A stretch of DNA of 64,000 nt from Octopus vulgaris (taxonomy: Eukaryota): NCBI GenBank assembly GCA_951406725.2, contig OX597825.1, forward strand, positions 55,180,001 through 55,244,000. The letters are read 5' to 3'. Both the position numbers and the translations under genes were made by a program. Below the pieces are notes generated by a model, which saw only the letters and a program-made list of their open reading frames with translations, had not been told where the DNA came from and ran no database searches. Shown here in pieces: positions 63,150 to 64,000 of the stretch (position 1 is its first letter; every line of letters begins with the position of its first letter).

Positions 63150-63510
63150 AAAAATTGATGTTTTAAATCTTTGCTCAACATGAGCAATAACTTCATGCAA
63201 AATGTTGTTATCCAAAGTTCTTACAATAACTACTGGTTCTTGATATCAACCATGCTTCTCTGATGGTTCAGTGACACCATCCAGAACTTGGCAGTAAAAT
63301 TCTTCAAAACCTGTTTTTCTTGATATTTGCAGTGAGAACCTACGATTTGAACAGCTTTCACAAAATTATCAGTTCACTGTCATGAGTGAGCCACAGTTAG
63401 GGCATTCAATCTTAATGTCAACACTGTCTATCAACCTATCAGTCTGCAGGAGATCAGATTACCAGTTAGAACATCATCTCACATGTCCTTGAGATTCATG
63501 CCCTTTTCTA
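63150..63510 (-). mobile_element. Possible Merlin-like DNA transposon relic
   Basis: IECPNCGSLMTV..CESCSNRRFSLQISRKTGFE resembles the N-terminal Zn ribbon of Merlin/ISXO2 transposases; no DDE seen. Confidence 0.35.
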
Positions 63511-64000
63511 CAGTTAAGAAATTTAGCAATAAACCAACCAGAGCTCTCATGACATTTGAAGAGAACACCACTCAGCTCTTACCAAGCAAATCAAGGACAA
63601 AGCTTCAAGAAGATTCAGCAGTCTCACATCTTTAACATAACTAATGCCTGAGCAACCACAGTTAAGTCAATCCCTATAACCTAGTCTCTCTACCATGAGG
63701 ATTTGATAATTTATGCATATATTCATATTCAGCCTTCCTTTAAATAAATCTGATGTTAAATGTTTGCAAGTTTTGCTTGTTCGTAATATATGCAGCCAGC
63801 CTAATCTCACACCATGACTAATACAGCAATTACACCTATCACAACAATATCAATCAATTGTTATTTGAAATTTTGAAAACTTGAAAACAGAATCTCTGAG
63901 TCACTCAATATGGTTTCAGAAACCACTAATTAAACTTTAAACTGGTAATCTTCTAGGATTGCAATGAATCCCCTTACTTGAGCTAATTCTGAAGCTCTCC

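Overview
AT-rich eukaryotic DNA packed with microsatellites. The tRNA-derived SINE families and dense (TA)n/(CA)n/(AAT)n/(GAT)n tracts suggest an octopus (coleoid cephalopod) genome; this species call is inference. I find no convincing host protein-coding exon, so this is probably a large intron or intergenic block. Nearly all listed ORFs are microsatellite artefacts or transposon relics. The window is a nested TE graveyard: Tc1/mariner relics (DD34D, DD35E-spaced, DD37D-like); hAT, piggyBac-like, mariner and fold-back MITEs; Helentron/Helitron non-autonomous elements; RTE, CR1-like and RLE-type LINE relics; and at least three Penelope-like (PLE) coding relics. The most interesting signal is a set of about ten minimal hammerhead-ribozyme-like motifs, most of them degenerate. 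They sit in three contexts: (i) a tRNA-headed SINE whose tail is a hammerhead-like module (two copies); (ii) palindromic or hairpin-capped non-coding elements in (TA)n tracts, one with ~460-bp arms and a near-canonical hammerhead; (iii) three pLTR-like repeats around a PLE ORF relic. All alignments and translations were done by eye and boundaries are approximate.
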